From contig BDGG01000011.1 in the NCBI GenBank assembly GCA_001949185.1, forward strand, positions 1,317,872-1,347,128: a stretch of 29,257 bases of DNA. The letters are read 5' to 3'. The DNA is from Ramazzottius varieornatus (taxonomy: Eukaryota > Animalia > Tardigrada). Positions 11,431 to 22,371 of the stretch are shown here, piece by piece (positions within the stretch are counted from its first letter, which is position 1; every line of letters begins with the position of its first letter). The translations under genes were made by a program, and so were the position numbers. The notes under the pieces are model-generated. The model saw nothing but the letters and a program-made list of their open reading frames with translations. It ran no database searches and was not told the DNA's origin.

Positions 11431-12619
11431 TCAAGAAGAATCTTCAGAGTACATTAACGCCTGTTCCGCTTCTTGAATCTGTCTATCAACTTCAGGGATA
11501 TGATTTAGCGTTATCACAAAACAGTCATCGGGTTCAATCAGGCCTTTCCTGGCTTTCTGCTGCTCAAAAACACTTGCTCGCCACTGACGTTCTCTTTCGA
11601 AATCTGTGGTGGGCTGAAAGCCTTCCGGAAGTACGGCCACCGTCGAAGGCTCTCTCGAGCTTGTCAGAGTGTCCAGGGAAACCGGGGAAGAAAACTGACT
11701 ACGACAAACAACGCAGGAAGTAAGGACGAAAGGGAAGCCCGAGTTGTGGATTTCTTTCTCTTGTCGCGTCAGGAATTCGAGGTACTTTCGCAAGCAGAAC
11801 GTGTGGTAGTAGTGGAAGCACTCTGTCTTGAAGAACTCGTCACCTTCTTCGATGTTGCACAGGCAGAAGGGACATTCTACCGAGGGGAAGTTTGTCCGTG
11901 TTAAGTAGTCCCGAACGATGTCGATCAAGTCGTAAATCATGGGCGAACCTGCAACGGTCAAAAGGCTCCATTTGGCTCCATGACGTACCGACCGGAAACG
12001 AGCAGTACGCGCACTGTTCAGCAGTGCGCACAGTATGCGTCAAGACGTGGCTGGCGCGCACAAAAGAATATGCGCACCAATCGAGACCAAACAGCTGTGC
12101 GACAGTTTGATTGATCTCCAGTATTGATTGGCCAAGTCGTCCAACAGTTATCCTTATTCTGAACGTTCAGACACGCGCAAAACGTCACTGAATACAACAC
12201 ACTAATGCAACAGTAAGATGGTGACATCATGAGCGACCGGATGTGATTCTCATATCGAATTATCAAACCATGCTTTCCGACTAACCTGTTCGTTTGCTGG
12301 CTTCGTCTTCCAACTCTCGTACGAGCCCAGAAAGCTGGAGATCGGAGAGGCCTCTTGGCTGGTGGAAACGGACAATCGGAGCGCTGTCAGGGTAGGTGGA
12401 CCTGAGGAGAAGCTCCAAGATGAGGGAGATGTTTTGTCGCGAGAAGTCACCAGCTGTCGCGGGATGGATCAGCATCTTGAAAGAAGCCGCAGGAGCGTTT
12501 GAGTTACCATCAGCTGGGTTGAGCTTGCCAAGTTGGAACTCTCCGGGGTAGATCGAGTCGAGCATGGTAATCTCGTCTTCCAGCATCTGCTGATAATCGT
12601 TCGCCTCGCTAGATCCCAT
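11431..12619 (-). CDS. RNF25: E3 ubiquitin ligase RNF25/AO7 (RWD + RING; exons 12619-12286, 11948-11431)
   Basis: RWD (EDEITMLDSIYPGE...HPATAGD...YPDSAP...PRGLSD...GSPMIYDLIDIVRDYLT) followed by RING-H2 (CPFCL...FFKTECFHYYHTFCL...CVVCR) and the FEQQKARKGLIE motif typical of RNF25. Confidence 0.9.
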
Positions 12620-13222
12620 GTTCCGGCAGAATACTGCGCCAGACTGAACTACTTCCGCAATCAACGCCAGTCAGCGTCGTGTGGCGTGTTTAGGGTACTC
12701 ACGAACACAGGGAAACCAGGTCGTCGACAACCGAAAGGATTCCGTTAGAACAAACGTTGACTTTACGCTCTAGAGTAGAGTTGCTGGAAATTCTCCATTT
12801 CCTGAATAAATCTGCGATTGGCTCAATTCGACTACTTTGTTCAGCCTCTTTACCGGCTAAATCCACGCAGTGCAAATTTTCGTCAACCAAGCAGTCTTGT
12901 AGTTGTTCAGCGTTCGAGTGCATCTAATCAAGTTAAACGGTGTCGGAACCGCTGTTTTTAGGTGCGTGTCGTCATGTTGTGATGCTCACTGCGCACCTGC
13001 GCTCGACACCTGTTCCTTCATTCGCCAAATTCGCCAAAAACTGAGAATTTCCAGCAAGTTTACAGCGGAGGGCTCCTTTCAAAGGAGTCCTTTGTTGTGA
13101 TTTTAGAAAAATGAAAATTTGATGCTCTTTCTTTCAGTTTAGTTGGAAGCTTTCCGGCTAGGACCGTCCAATTGGATCTCGTTCCGCTTTCCGGAGGTGA
13201 AGAAGGGTAGCTAATCTTTTGT

Positions 13223-14520
13223 GTGGTGGTCCTCAATGGTACAGATGCTTTACTTCCGTCTTCGGGCAGGGTGCAGAACGTCGACTGGGGATGGCATGGA
13301 AGGGCGCGCAAGCTTCGGATGCGAGGCGAGTACCTGATCAAGAATATGCCCATTCCGTCTGACATCGTTTTCAAGGTGGCCAACAAGGACGGAATCATGG
13401 AGTCGATTCCTGCTCACAAGCGAGGACTTTCTACGTATTACGAAAGCGTTTATAGTTTGGTTCGGCTGAAGTTTAGCTACGAGTTGGGAGACCAGCTCCA
13501 CAATAGTGTTTTCCCAAGTGGCGCTCCTGTTTGGTGTCATTGGCCGACGGCGTGCGCCACTTGGAATAACAATCTTGTAGGGTTGATCTCTCAAGCGGTG
13601 CACGTTCTCAATGTTATCGGCTGGAAGCCTGCGTCACTTGAAAACGATGCTGTCGGATCTGCTTGCCGAGCTTCCCTTTGGTCGCGATGGTTGACATGCA
13701 GCGTTAGTTGAATTGTAGGCGAATTGATTTCTAGGAATCGGAAGTGAAGTTCTCTACACTATGCTCCTTGGACCGAATGCAGTCGAAACCGCCAACGAAA
13801 TTCTGATTCCGAACCGACACGGTGACACAGCAGATGTTTTCAAAATTGTAGTAGAATTTCTGTACAGCGATCGGGCACCATCCACCAGACCTTGGACGAC
13901 AAAACTGGATGGACGTAGTTCGGTCTGGCGTCCCTGGATGAACGTAGAACAGTCTGGCGTCCCTCAGTTGGCCCCTTTTGGCGCAGTGTTTCGTGATGCA
14001 GTACGTGACGGAATACGATCAGGCAAACAAGGAAATCGGCACGCCACAGTTTTCTTTCTGGCTCGTATAGGTTGGAATGTCACAAAGTACGTCGATATAT
14101 TGGCAATAAGCCTAACCAGGACTCTTTTCAGGCTCGCGAAATTGGGGATATGAAGACTGTGGACGCTGCGTTCGACCACGTGAAATGGAGTTTCCCGCAG
14201 TTGTGGGACAGCCCGTGCTTTCTGGATATCAGTCCCGAACTGCTGGATGAAATGGTAGCATATTCAGGATGGTACTTGAAGGAGAAAGATGAGCTTACTC
14301 TTCACTATACACGTACTGTTTACCGGTACGCCTTCTCGTGGAGGAAACGAAACATGGTCCTCTTTTCTTGCGCAACTGTAATATTGCATTTCAGCTGGGC
14401 AGCCCAACGTCAAGAAGAGGAAGAGTCACAAGGTTTTAGCGTCGTACTTTGCGAGAAACTCTAGGCGCCATATTGCTCGACCTTCGTTTTCCCTCGATGA
14501 ACGAGCGTCGCTGAGATGGC
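13223..14520 (+). pseudogene. BTB/POZ-BACK protein (BTBD1/2/3/6-like), apparently degenerate; may extend to ~15290
   Basis: BTB motifs SDIVFKV...IPAHK and GSEVLYTMLLGP...EILIP...FKIVVEFLYSD. BACK-like FLDISPELLDEMV, WAAQ and LRETLGAILLDLRFPSM lie in different frames with stops. No clean start or splice path found. Confidence 0.6.
13485..13675. repeat. Tandem dimer of the palindromic element (locus 9; BTB gene intron)
   Basis: Cores at 13519/13553 and 13596/13630, both with 27-nt spacers; period 77. Confidence 0.85.
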
Positions 14521-14964
14521 CGAGGGGCCGATCAAGGATGAAATGCTCACTTATCACGAAGTCACAACTCAGGAACTTCACCGGTCCGACCCGGCGAACG
14601 TTAAAAACACAGACTTGCTGTTCTGCGTTACACCGCGGCACGTTGAAAGCCGAGAAGCGAAATCTGCTTGTGGGCAGTTTGCGAATGTTCGTTAGACTGT
14701 CAGTTTATCACATGCGAAGCTATCGAGTTTTGCATCTTTGCCGAAGGCGTGTCTGTTATCGCCGAAAAGTTGATCAAGATGGTGGACGCCGAACACATGT
14801 TCGGCTTGTACTACCGTTCTCACTCGTCCCCAGTCCACCGAAAGACCGACCCACCAGCGAACGTACGATGCTAAGTTCAAAGTGAAGAACCAGTTACGGC
14901 AACAGGAGGAACCGTAGAAAGAAGCAGTCCCTGAAAACGAAAAGAAGGCCTCCATTCATGACAC

Positions 14965-15140
14965 GGAAGGAATTCCACTGTCATGGGGATAAGTAGCACA
15001 CTCTTCCAGCCAATTACACTGAACGCGCGCGCCACTTGGACAAACTCGTCAAGATCGGTTTCTAAGTGGCGCAAGCTTTCGTCCAGTAATACCGAAAGGC
15101 TGCGCCACTTGGGGAGACAGTCTTGTCGGATTGTTTGGCT
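14965..15140. repeat. Tandem dimer of the palindromic element (locus 10)
   Basis: Cores at 14994/15028 and 15067/15101, both with 27-nt spacers; period 73. Followed by an acceptor-like ttcttccag at ~15173. Confidence 0.85.
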
Positions 15141-15936
15141 ACCGCCGAAATCAGCTCGACTGTGTTCTTCCAGATACTATTGCTCTTCGAGGGGTTGAAG
15201 AACCCACATCCGATCCTCTTGGTCTTGGACTCAAAGAAGATACTGTCTGGACATTTCGACCGGGAAGAAGATGGAGGAACTGACTGACCCGGCCAACGCC
15301 GGCGTTGTCTTCGGTGAGCTGTTCTCACGGTAGGCGACACGAGAACAGCCTTACTTTCCAGTATACTTTGGATCTTCGTGTTGAGTCTAGTCTTTGCTGT
15401 AACCATCACCAAGGTTCTTTATGGACCATAATGTTTGCATCATACCACTTATCCATGGTGAGGGACTCCATACGCACAAGGGATGCTCAAGAGCCACGCT
15501 TACAATCACGCGAGCTGTGCGGTCGCGGTTTCGATTTCAGCGATGCTTCCTGTGACGCCTCTCCGAGCAGATCCTTCTCAAATTCAGGCACGCACTTTCG
15601 CTAGTCTTCCGCAATCAGTTGTCAGTTGTGTACCGTAGCAGGATTTCGCCGACATCGTGCCCTCGCGAAGAAAACTGCGTCTCTCGGAAGAAGGAAGTGA
15701 TTCGAGTGGACTTGTCAGCCGTAACACGTACTCCGTTCTGTCAACCTGTGATCACGTGACCGCTCATTGCGTTGCCAATCAATTAAGCGCGGCTTGATTC
15801 GGTGAACTGGCTTGCCCCGTTTTCGTCGAGTTATTTCATTCATTCTTCCTCGCGTCCTCCGCATCTTTTTTCTGCTAACCCGCGTTGTCGATCATGTCTC
15901 TGTTCTAGCATCTTATTTTGTTCGTGCCGCTAGAAG

Positions 15937-16922
15937 ATGTTCCGGAACTCTTTTCAAAGTGGATTCTTATCGGTTTTCTACAGCTTGGGAAGCAAGCCTC
16001 TGCAGCTGTGGTCAAGACAGGTACGGTCTCATCCACTGCTTGTCCGCCTCCTTTCTGACGTTTCTCTTTCAGGCCCAAAATGGTGGTAAGATTGGAAGAA
16101 TCACCGACGAGGACGTTGAGAGTTTAGTCTTGGAAGTAATGAGTCCGAACGTCAGGTAAGCGAGAAATTTCACGACTGCTAAACTGCGTGTCCTCCAATG
16201 ATTGAAATCAACTTCCGGTCGAATCAACCGACGTCTCCAGCGTTGGTCGGTGTGTCAATCAATCAACGGAGAGGAACCTGCTTTACTGATTTTCCGTCTT
16301 TTCATTTGTAGCACTTGTTGGATTTCCTGTCCGGCGGACGACAAACAGTGCCTTGGCATAAAACTGCCCTTCCTTGTCCTTATGCTCAAGAACATGGAGA
16401 AGTATTTCACCTTTGAAATACAGGTAGATCTCAGCAATAAACCCAGGAAGAATTTTTTGGCAGTTTGTGAGCGTTGACAGGCTTTTTTTTCTCCTAGATT
16501 GTTGACGACAAAGGGATCCGCCGGAGGTTCCGTGCCAGCAACTATCAAGTGGAAGCTCGAGTCAAACCCTTCATCTGCACGATGCCCATGCGGCTGGATG
16601 AAGGGTGGAATCAAGTGCAGTTTAATCTGGCTGATTTTTGTAAGCGGGCCTACGGCACCAATTACGTTGAAACTGTCCGCATCACTGTAAGTCCTTTCCT
16701 TCTTCCATCTCATTTGTTGCTGCTACTTTTTATGAGCTTGACGATCCCCAAAGACAAGTTCGTGACATTTCACAGATCCACGCCAATTGTCGTTTACGGC
16801 GGATCTACTTCGCCGATCAACTCTACTCCGAAGAGGAAGTACCGCATGAATTCAAGCTGCATTTACCCGTCAAACAAATTGAAGGCCACAGAGATAACAA
16901 CGAGCTCGACGAAGACTCTTGA
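15937..16922 (+). CDS. CFAP20: Cilia- and flagella-associated protein 20 / BUG22 (exons 15937-16020, 16073-16155, 16312-16423, 16498-16686, 16776-16922)
   Basis: [25 protein letters not shown]...[24 protein letters not shown]|[17 protein letters not shown]...[37 protein letters not shown]...[14 protein letters not shown] matches the highly conserved CFAP20 sequence. Confidence 0.97.
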
Positions 16923-17104
16923 AAAGCCTTTTACCATAAATATGGCTAGAGATGCTCATCAAATTGATTCTTGAAGAATATCATTCTTATCGGCACGACC
17001 TTGTTATACGACGGAATATACTAATAGGGCCGTGCCGTAGAATGAAACGAATGTTTTTTTGCTGGATATTTTGTTGGATATTTCTGAGATCTCTTTTTGA
17101 GCTA

Positions 17105-18636
17105 TTATTTTTTTGTTTCTGTCTGGTTGTGTACATTATCAGAGTCTTCTAATTTGTCTTTGTACAGTTGAAAGAGTGGGTCTTTCTCGCCCAGCATGAA
17201 AGGAATGGTGGCTTGAGTGAAGTACTCGCTGTTCATGGTTAGGTTGCTGATGACCATGGACAGCATGTGCGCCTTTTCCGCATTACGACCCGGTGCGTCG
17301 AAGAGAACGTTGGAGAAATGAATATGCAGGTGGTAGAAAGTTGGCTGGTAGTGGAAATATGCGCGGACGTGCGAAGGTGGTAGACCGTATTTCTTCTTAA
17401 TGGCACTCTGAAAAGAAAAACTTCGATAACAGGCAGTCTACTTTTACTTCAGGAAAAACCTGAGGAAAATAATTCACCAGTCCTTCGTCTTGAATCTTCT
17501 GTAGCATGGGCAGGTGGAAACCTCGAAGATCGCGGATGGAGTGGATTCCGCGCTTGTGGACCAAAGCGACCAAGTACAGCGAGTCGACGTTGCTACCATC
17601 CCATTTCAGGTCGGGCAGAAGGACGAAACCGGTTTCGGGATCGGGATCCTCGAAAACAATCCTCTCGGTCTCCTTTTCGTGATCCAGAATGTTGTCCACC
17701 CACTAGAAAACAGCCAGAAACCTATAACCGATCGCAACCGGAAACTCTAGCGACACGAGATCGTGCAGGACAACCCAGTCAACCCTACATGACATTACAA
17801 TCCACTTGACAATGACGACCTACTACATGACATTACACATAGTATGACTCAATCACCACACACGCATGACGTCAACATCTGTCGCAAGAGACGCCAATCA
17901 AATTTGTAATTCTGTATAATGCTCCACGACGTAATAGCCAGTGTAAGCAGCATAATGACTAATCCTACCTTGGTATCAAATCTTTTGCTCGTCTTCAGAT
18001 ACGGTTCTGTTACATCCCTGTAATCTTCCGCCGTCTCGTTAACAATGTGCATAATCTGTGGCATGTGTTTCTCGAAGTGAGACTGTGCCGCAGGATAGAT
18101 GAGAGTTGCTTTGGTCGCTATAAAAGAAAAGCTCATCGAAATATGAGGTTTGCTTGGGACGAAACAAACTGACTGAAACTAACTTTACCGTTAAACTTCG
18201 GATCAAGATTGAGCAAGTAGTTGTGATAAACGTCGTTCTTGAAAGCCAGCTGACCCAGGGCTTCAGACTGGAACATTTTCTCCATGCTGTCCGATTCGAA
18301 TGCCAGTTTCTCCAGGATGATCATCGCGTCGCTGCCATCGTCGAAGGTGCCTTGCACGAACGCCGTCTTCCGTGACGGATCGGCTTTCAGCAGTTTGGTG
18401 AACTTGAAGCGCTCAAACACGTTAGATTCTTTCACCAGACTGGACCCATTCTTCTCCTCGTGGCCATTTGCCTGCTTTTCCCGAGACTGATTCGCTTCTC
18501 CCGAGCTCGTCTTCTGCTTCTTGGTCGCCAGCCCGCTGTCTTCCTCCGTGTCCAGAGTCGTCTTTCCTGCGGTTGAGGCCATCCTCCTTGTTGTCCGTCG
18601 TATGGCACACTGGAAAACAGGGAACAGCCTAAGCAT
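17105..18636 (-). CDS. DCPS: m7GpppX scavenger decapping enzyme DcpS (start 18636 or 18582; first exon to 18189, then 18117-17969, 17702-17478, 17407-17105)
   Basis: KATLIYPA, WVDNILDHEKETERIVFEDPDPETGFVLLPDLKWDG, IHSIRDL and the HIT motif HYQPTFYHLHIHF. All introns GT-AG. Confidence 0.95.
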
Positions 18637-19071
18637 CGGAATAAGGATCGGAGGAACGGAACTACGCAACGCAAGTTGCAAGTTGGGGAATTCGATTTTC
18701 GATTTTCGAAGAGCACTGCCACTCAGCAGTGAGCACGTACGTATTGCGAGAGCTCCGTCCAAAAGGCTGGCCTTCCAGCGGAGCTTTAGAATGAATCATA
18801 GACCGTTTGAGTCATCGTAGAAAGCTGTTCAGGCATTCTAAAGCCCTTAAAACCGGGAAAACTATGGCAAGCCTGAGCCCATGGCGAAAAGATCAGAGGA
18901 TGGGAACCAAGGTTCATTCACATCTGACGTGGTAAAGAGCGTCTTTCAGTCAAACTAAGCAAGTCCAGTAAACTGTGAACTCCGCCCAGACCGGTTACCA
19001 CGCCCATTGACCAATAGACAGAAAGAAAGGGCCAATAAATCAGCTGTGATCGGGCGGCCGACCTATCAATG

Positions 19072-19246
19072 CCAATGGCTAGTATCGGTGGTCAAACATA
19101 GCAAAATTAATGGCTGACGCTTAGTGCCCAACCTAGAAAGCCCAATGGTCAGCCACTAGTGGCCAAGACAGGAAGACCAACGGCTAGCCACTAGTGGTTA
19201 ATCTACCAAGATCAATGGTAAACCACTAGTTGTCAACCAACCTACC
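19072..19246. repeat. Degenerate 35-bp minisatellite (5 units)
   Basis: Unit starts ccaatggc/ttaatggc/ccaatggt/ccaacggc/tcaatggt at 19072, 19107, 19142, 19177, 19212. Three units carry CCACTAGT(GG). Confidence 0.8.
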
Positions 19247-19624
19247 CACCCACCCTGGCGATTTTATCATTGCACCATCATCTACTGTCCTACCTAGTTA
19301 CCTGGCCGCGTCGCTGCCGATCGTACAGCAGGCACCACGAGTTACGTCATACCCTACCGGTCGTACCATTGTCCGACCGGCAGGGTCCTGAGAGTCATTA
19401 ATTCTTTGTTAATCAACTAGCTGTTTTCGCCAGTCGATTCATACGAATTTGATTGATCACACACAAAGTCGTGATTCGGCAAAGATTAAAAGAATTGGAA
19501 AAACCAGAAAAAACGGGGAATCATCCTGAGAAAGAATCGCGCTGTCTGGAGCTCGAGCTACCTCTGATGAGCTTGCGATTCAGAGTCCCCTCGGGTATAC
19601 TGTACTTGAATCTTGAACCTCGAT

Positions 19625-20047
19625 TAGATCCCTGCAGCAGTAGTTCAAACCAGTGCTGCTTCTGCACTGCGTCCGGTTTCCAGAAACTGCAACTGCACTG
19701 CATCTGCAATTCTGTGCTGTTTCCCAAACTGCAACTGCACTGCACTGCATTTAAAAATCAAGAGTTTCTGCCCACCAACGGAAATGCATGTCAAACATAA
19801 CGTAAACGTCGTTGCTTTACTGAGATTCAACCGAAAAACGGTAGAATCCGGCTAGGAAATGCAAAAAAAGCCGGTTTTGCTAGTGTTTTCTAGCCCACAA
19901 CATTATACTGCGATGAAGGGTGCTCACTTTTTCAAAACTGCAATTGCACTGCAACTGAATTTTCTCACCATTTCGGCGACTGCAACTGCACTGCATTGCA
20001 GTAAAATGCAGTGCAGTACAGAACGTGCTGCATGTTGCAGGGCTCTA
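19625..20047. mobile_element. Non-autonomous hAT-type DNA transposon (423 bp)
   Basis: TIRs TAGATCCCTGCAGCA / TGTTGCAGGGCTCTA; 8-bp flanking duplication acctcgat (19617-19624) / atctcgat (20048-20055); repeated subterminal CTGCAACTGCACTGCA motifs. Confidence 0.85.
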
Positions 20048-20224
20048 ATCTCGATTCTTAAATCTTGATCACTTCCGGCTTATCCGCATGGTGCGCCATG
20101 ATATTCTGTTTCGTGGTTGGCTCTTCGGCGATTTTCGTCAATGTGCATACTATCAAAAATGTTTATTACAAAGACGATATTCTGTACTCAAAAAGTGAGG
20201 AGCTAAGCGGTAGCAGAAAACAAA

Positions 20225-20373
20225 TACTGTAAATCTTCGCTGCGTCCGCGCAGTACGTACACGTACGTGACGATGCACCCCCGTAGGGGATTGCGCAATC
20301 CGTGAAACTGGACCGGGGCTGTACTTCACTTGTACGATGACGTACTGCACGGACGCAGCGAATATTTACAGTT
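20225..20373. mobile_element. MITE-like element with ~33-bp TIRs
   Basis: tactgtaaatcttcgctgcgtccgcgcagtacgt and acgtactgcacggacgcagcgaatatttacagtt are near reverse complements. The TACTGTA terminus matches the ADRM1-intron MITEs. Confidence 0.8.
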
Positions 20374-20444
20374 ACTTTACATGGACTGACTTCCCCTTCT
20401 TCACATCTAAAACGTAAAACAACTCATCAAGACCCTTGGTACAG

Positions 20445-20953
20445 TATCTTTTACGGTGGAGAGTATAGAATAAGAATTTCCACGCTGAATCTCTGTTGAC
20501 ACTCTCTGCTTAAAGAAAGAAAGGATCTAGATTCGCCCGACACTTCTGTCATCTTTCTTCCAATCGCCTCAAACAGCTCCGTCGCACAAGGTTCCCATAG
20601 TCCGAGGGTCTCCAGACCAACAGGGCAAAACTGAAATTCGCTTCCGATGTCCTGGTTTTTGGTGATCTTCCTTCTTTCGGCAGCATCAGCAGCTGATCCG
20701 GCTTTGACCATAGACATGGCAAAGTTGGTGAGCGCCAGGGTATCGACCACCGTGACGTCCCACACCAACTCTTTACCATTTTTCCAAGGAACTTACGTCG
20801 TACCGTCTGGGCGCCTCTTATCCTTCCTGGAGATCCCTGGAGGTTCAAGGATGGCTGGAATCCGGCTGATGTTGGAGCACGCTTGAGTGACTCGTTCAGC
20901 TCGCTGTGTCTGCTGTGCATGGAAAGTACCCAGGCCTGCCTACAGCTCTGCAC
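20445..20953 (-). mobile_element. 3' fragment of a non-LTR retrotransposon with restriction-like endonuclease (CRE-clade-like), degenerate
   Basis: Across frames: SRHSELNESLKRA...[37 protein letters not shown]...AADAAERRK...FCPVGLETLG. This is the RH...RPD...D...E..K pattern of RLE domains. Contains a stop and frameshift; no RT domain. Confidence 0.85.
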
Positions 20954-21204
20954 CGGTAAATAACACGACGCGCCGAGGCTGCGCTGGTGTGAATTATGCG
21001 TACGGGATAAGCCCCTTAACCGAGTCGTATGACCGAGTTATCTTTATTTATCTTGATTCGCGGTTACCGTTAAATTAAATTCTTTTCGTTGTTAAATTTT
21101 TTGTGATTTTATCCTGAAAAAGAATAACCGAGGATCTAGCGGACAACAGGACATCTCAGCGGAGGCGGTGTGAGTTCGACAGCAGGGAGTTTGAGAGGGG
21201 GAAG

Positions 21205-21930
21205 ATGACGGACGCGACAGCAACTGACAGCACCGGACGAGCCAATTCTTCCAGTAATTCCTCAGAGACGAACCAGCAGTCTAACAGTATTCAAGCTTCC
21301 ACAGAATCTACAGTCAGAGAACCTCACAAGGCCGAAAAGACGACAAAGAAAGGGAAGCGTCCGACGGGTAAGTGATTAGATCTTAATTTTCCAGGTTCAT
21401 ATTCTCGTGACGTCACACTTGTGTACATGCTTTGTTTGGTGCTGCAATTTCGATGTGTAGGGTGACGTCATGTGGCGCTTGACCACGTGTTATCTTTCTA
21501 GCTTTTGCCAAAGAGTGCGTCCTTTCCCCTGAACTGGCGGCATTCCTCGGTCAAGAACGGGTACAATGCAAATTTATTTTACTTCTTTTTTTCATTGTTG
21601 GTGGCGGAATGATGTTGTCTTGCAGATGACTCGATCGGACGTTGTGTCGAGTATGTGGAAGACTATTCGAGAGCGCGGCCTGATTGTGAGTCCCATTTGA
21701 CGCTGCGCACCCAGTGGTTTTTTTACGGAAGCTCTTGTTGACTTTTGCAGGATCCCAACCAGAAACAGTTCGCTGTGTGCGACGAACAGCTCTTCAAAGT
21801 CATAGGTACGTCAAAGTCTTCCTACGATAGGATTTTGAGTGATGAGATTTATGCAACAGGGAGGAAACGCTTCAAAGTCTTCGGGATGATGAAGTTTCTG
21901 AAGAGCCACGTCAGAGATGCCACTAACTAA
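21205..21930 (+). CDS. SWIB/MDM2-domain protein, Spp27/UAF30/TRI1-like (exons 21205-21367, 21502-21560, 21626-21685, 21751-21805, 21860-21930)
   Basis: Spliced C-terminus AFAKECVLSPELAAFLGQER|MTRSDVVSSMWKTIRERGLI|DPNQKQFAVCDEQLFKVI|GRKRFKVFGMMKFLKSH is a SWIB domain. N-terminus is S/T/N-rich low complexity. Confidence 0.88.
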
Positions 21931-22371
21931 TACTGTGTACTATCAAAAATGTAAATTCAAACAGGCCTCAGAAAGCTATTCAGTTTGCTGTTGATTAGCT
22001 GTACAGTGGGTCTTTGTCTTGTTTGTTATGTTTCGCATTTTGACGCGGACCGATTAGGTTGGCCGGAAAGGCGTTCTTTTCCTCAGACGCTATAGTTTTT
22101 GTTGCGTAATTTTTTCCCTTGCTGTTCCGGTCAGCAAAAATTTTCCAAATCGGAATCCCGCATTGCTCTCTCCGTTGACCGTGCTGAAACTCAAGCAAGC
22201 GAGTATAAAGTGATGATATTGGACGCTCAACGGAGATCTTCTCGCTCCGTTAACCAAGGGTCGAAAACGACAACGTGGTAGGTTCCGCTTGAACGATTTT
22301 TCGATGTGCGTTAGCCAATTCTGAAATGACTACTTGAGGGAATTAAAAAATGTAGAGAATTGCCGGAGAAG

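Noticed and set aside
15768-15785. RFX X-box upstream of the ciliary gene CFAP20
   Set aside because: Only a GTTGCC half-site; the second half does not fit the consensus.
17785-17837. 15-bp direct repeat ctacatgacattaca in a DcpS intron
   Set aside because: Two copies 38 bp apart; best explained as a local duplication.
19453-20068. Cys-rich ORFs (LQLHC repeats) resembling metallothionein-like peptides
   Set aside because: They are translations of the CTGCAACTGCACTGCA subterminal repeats of the hAT element.
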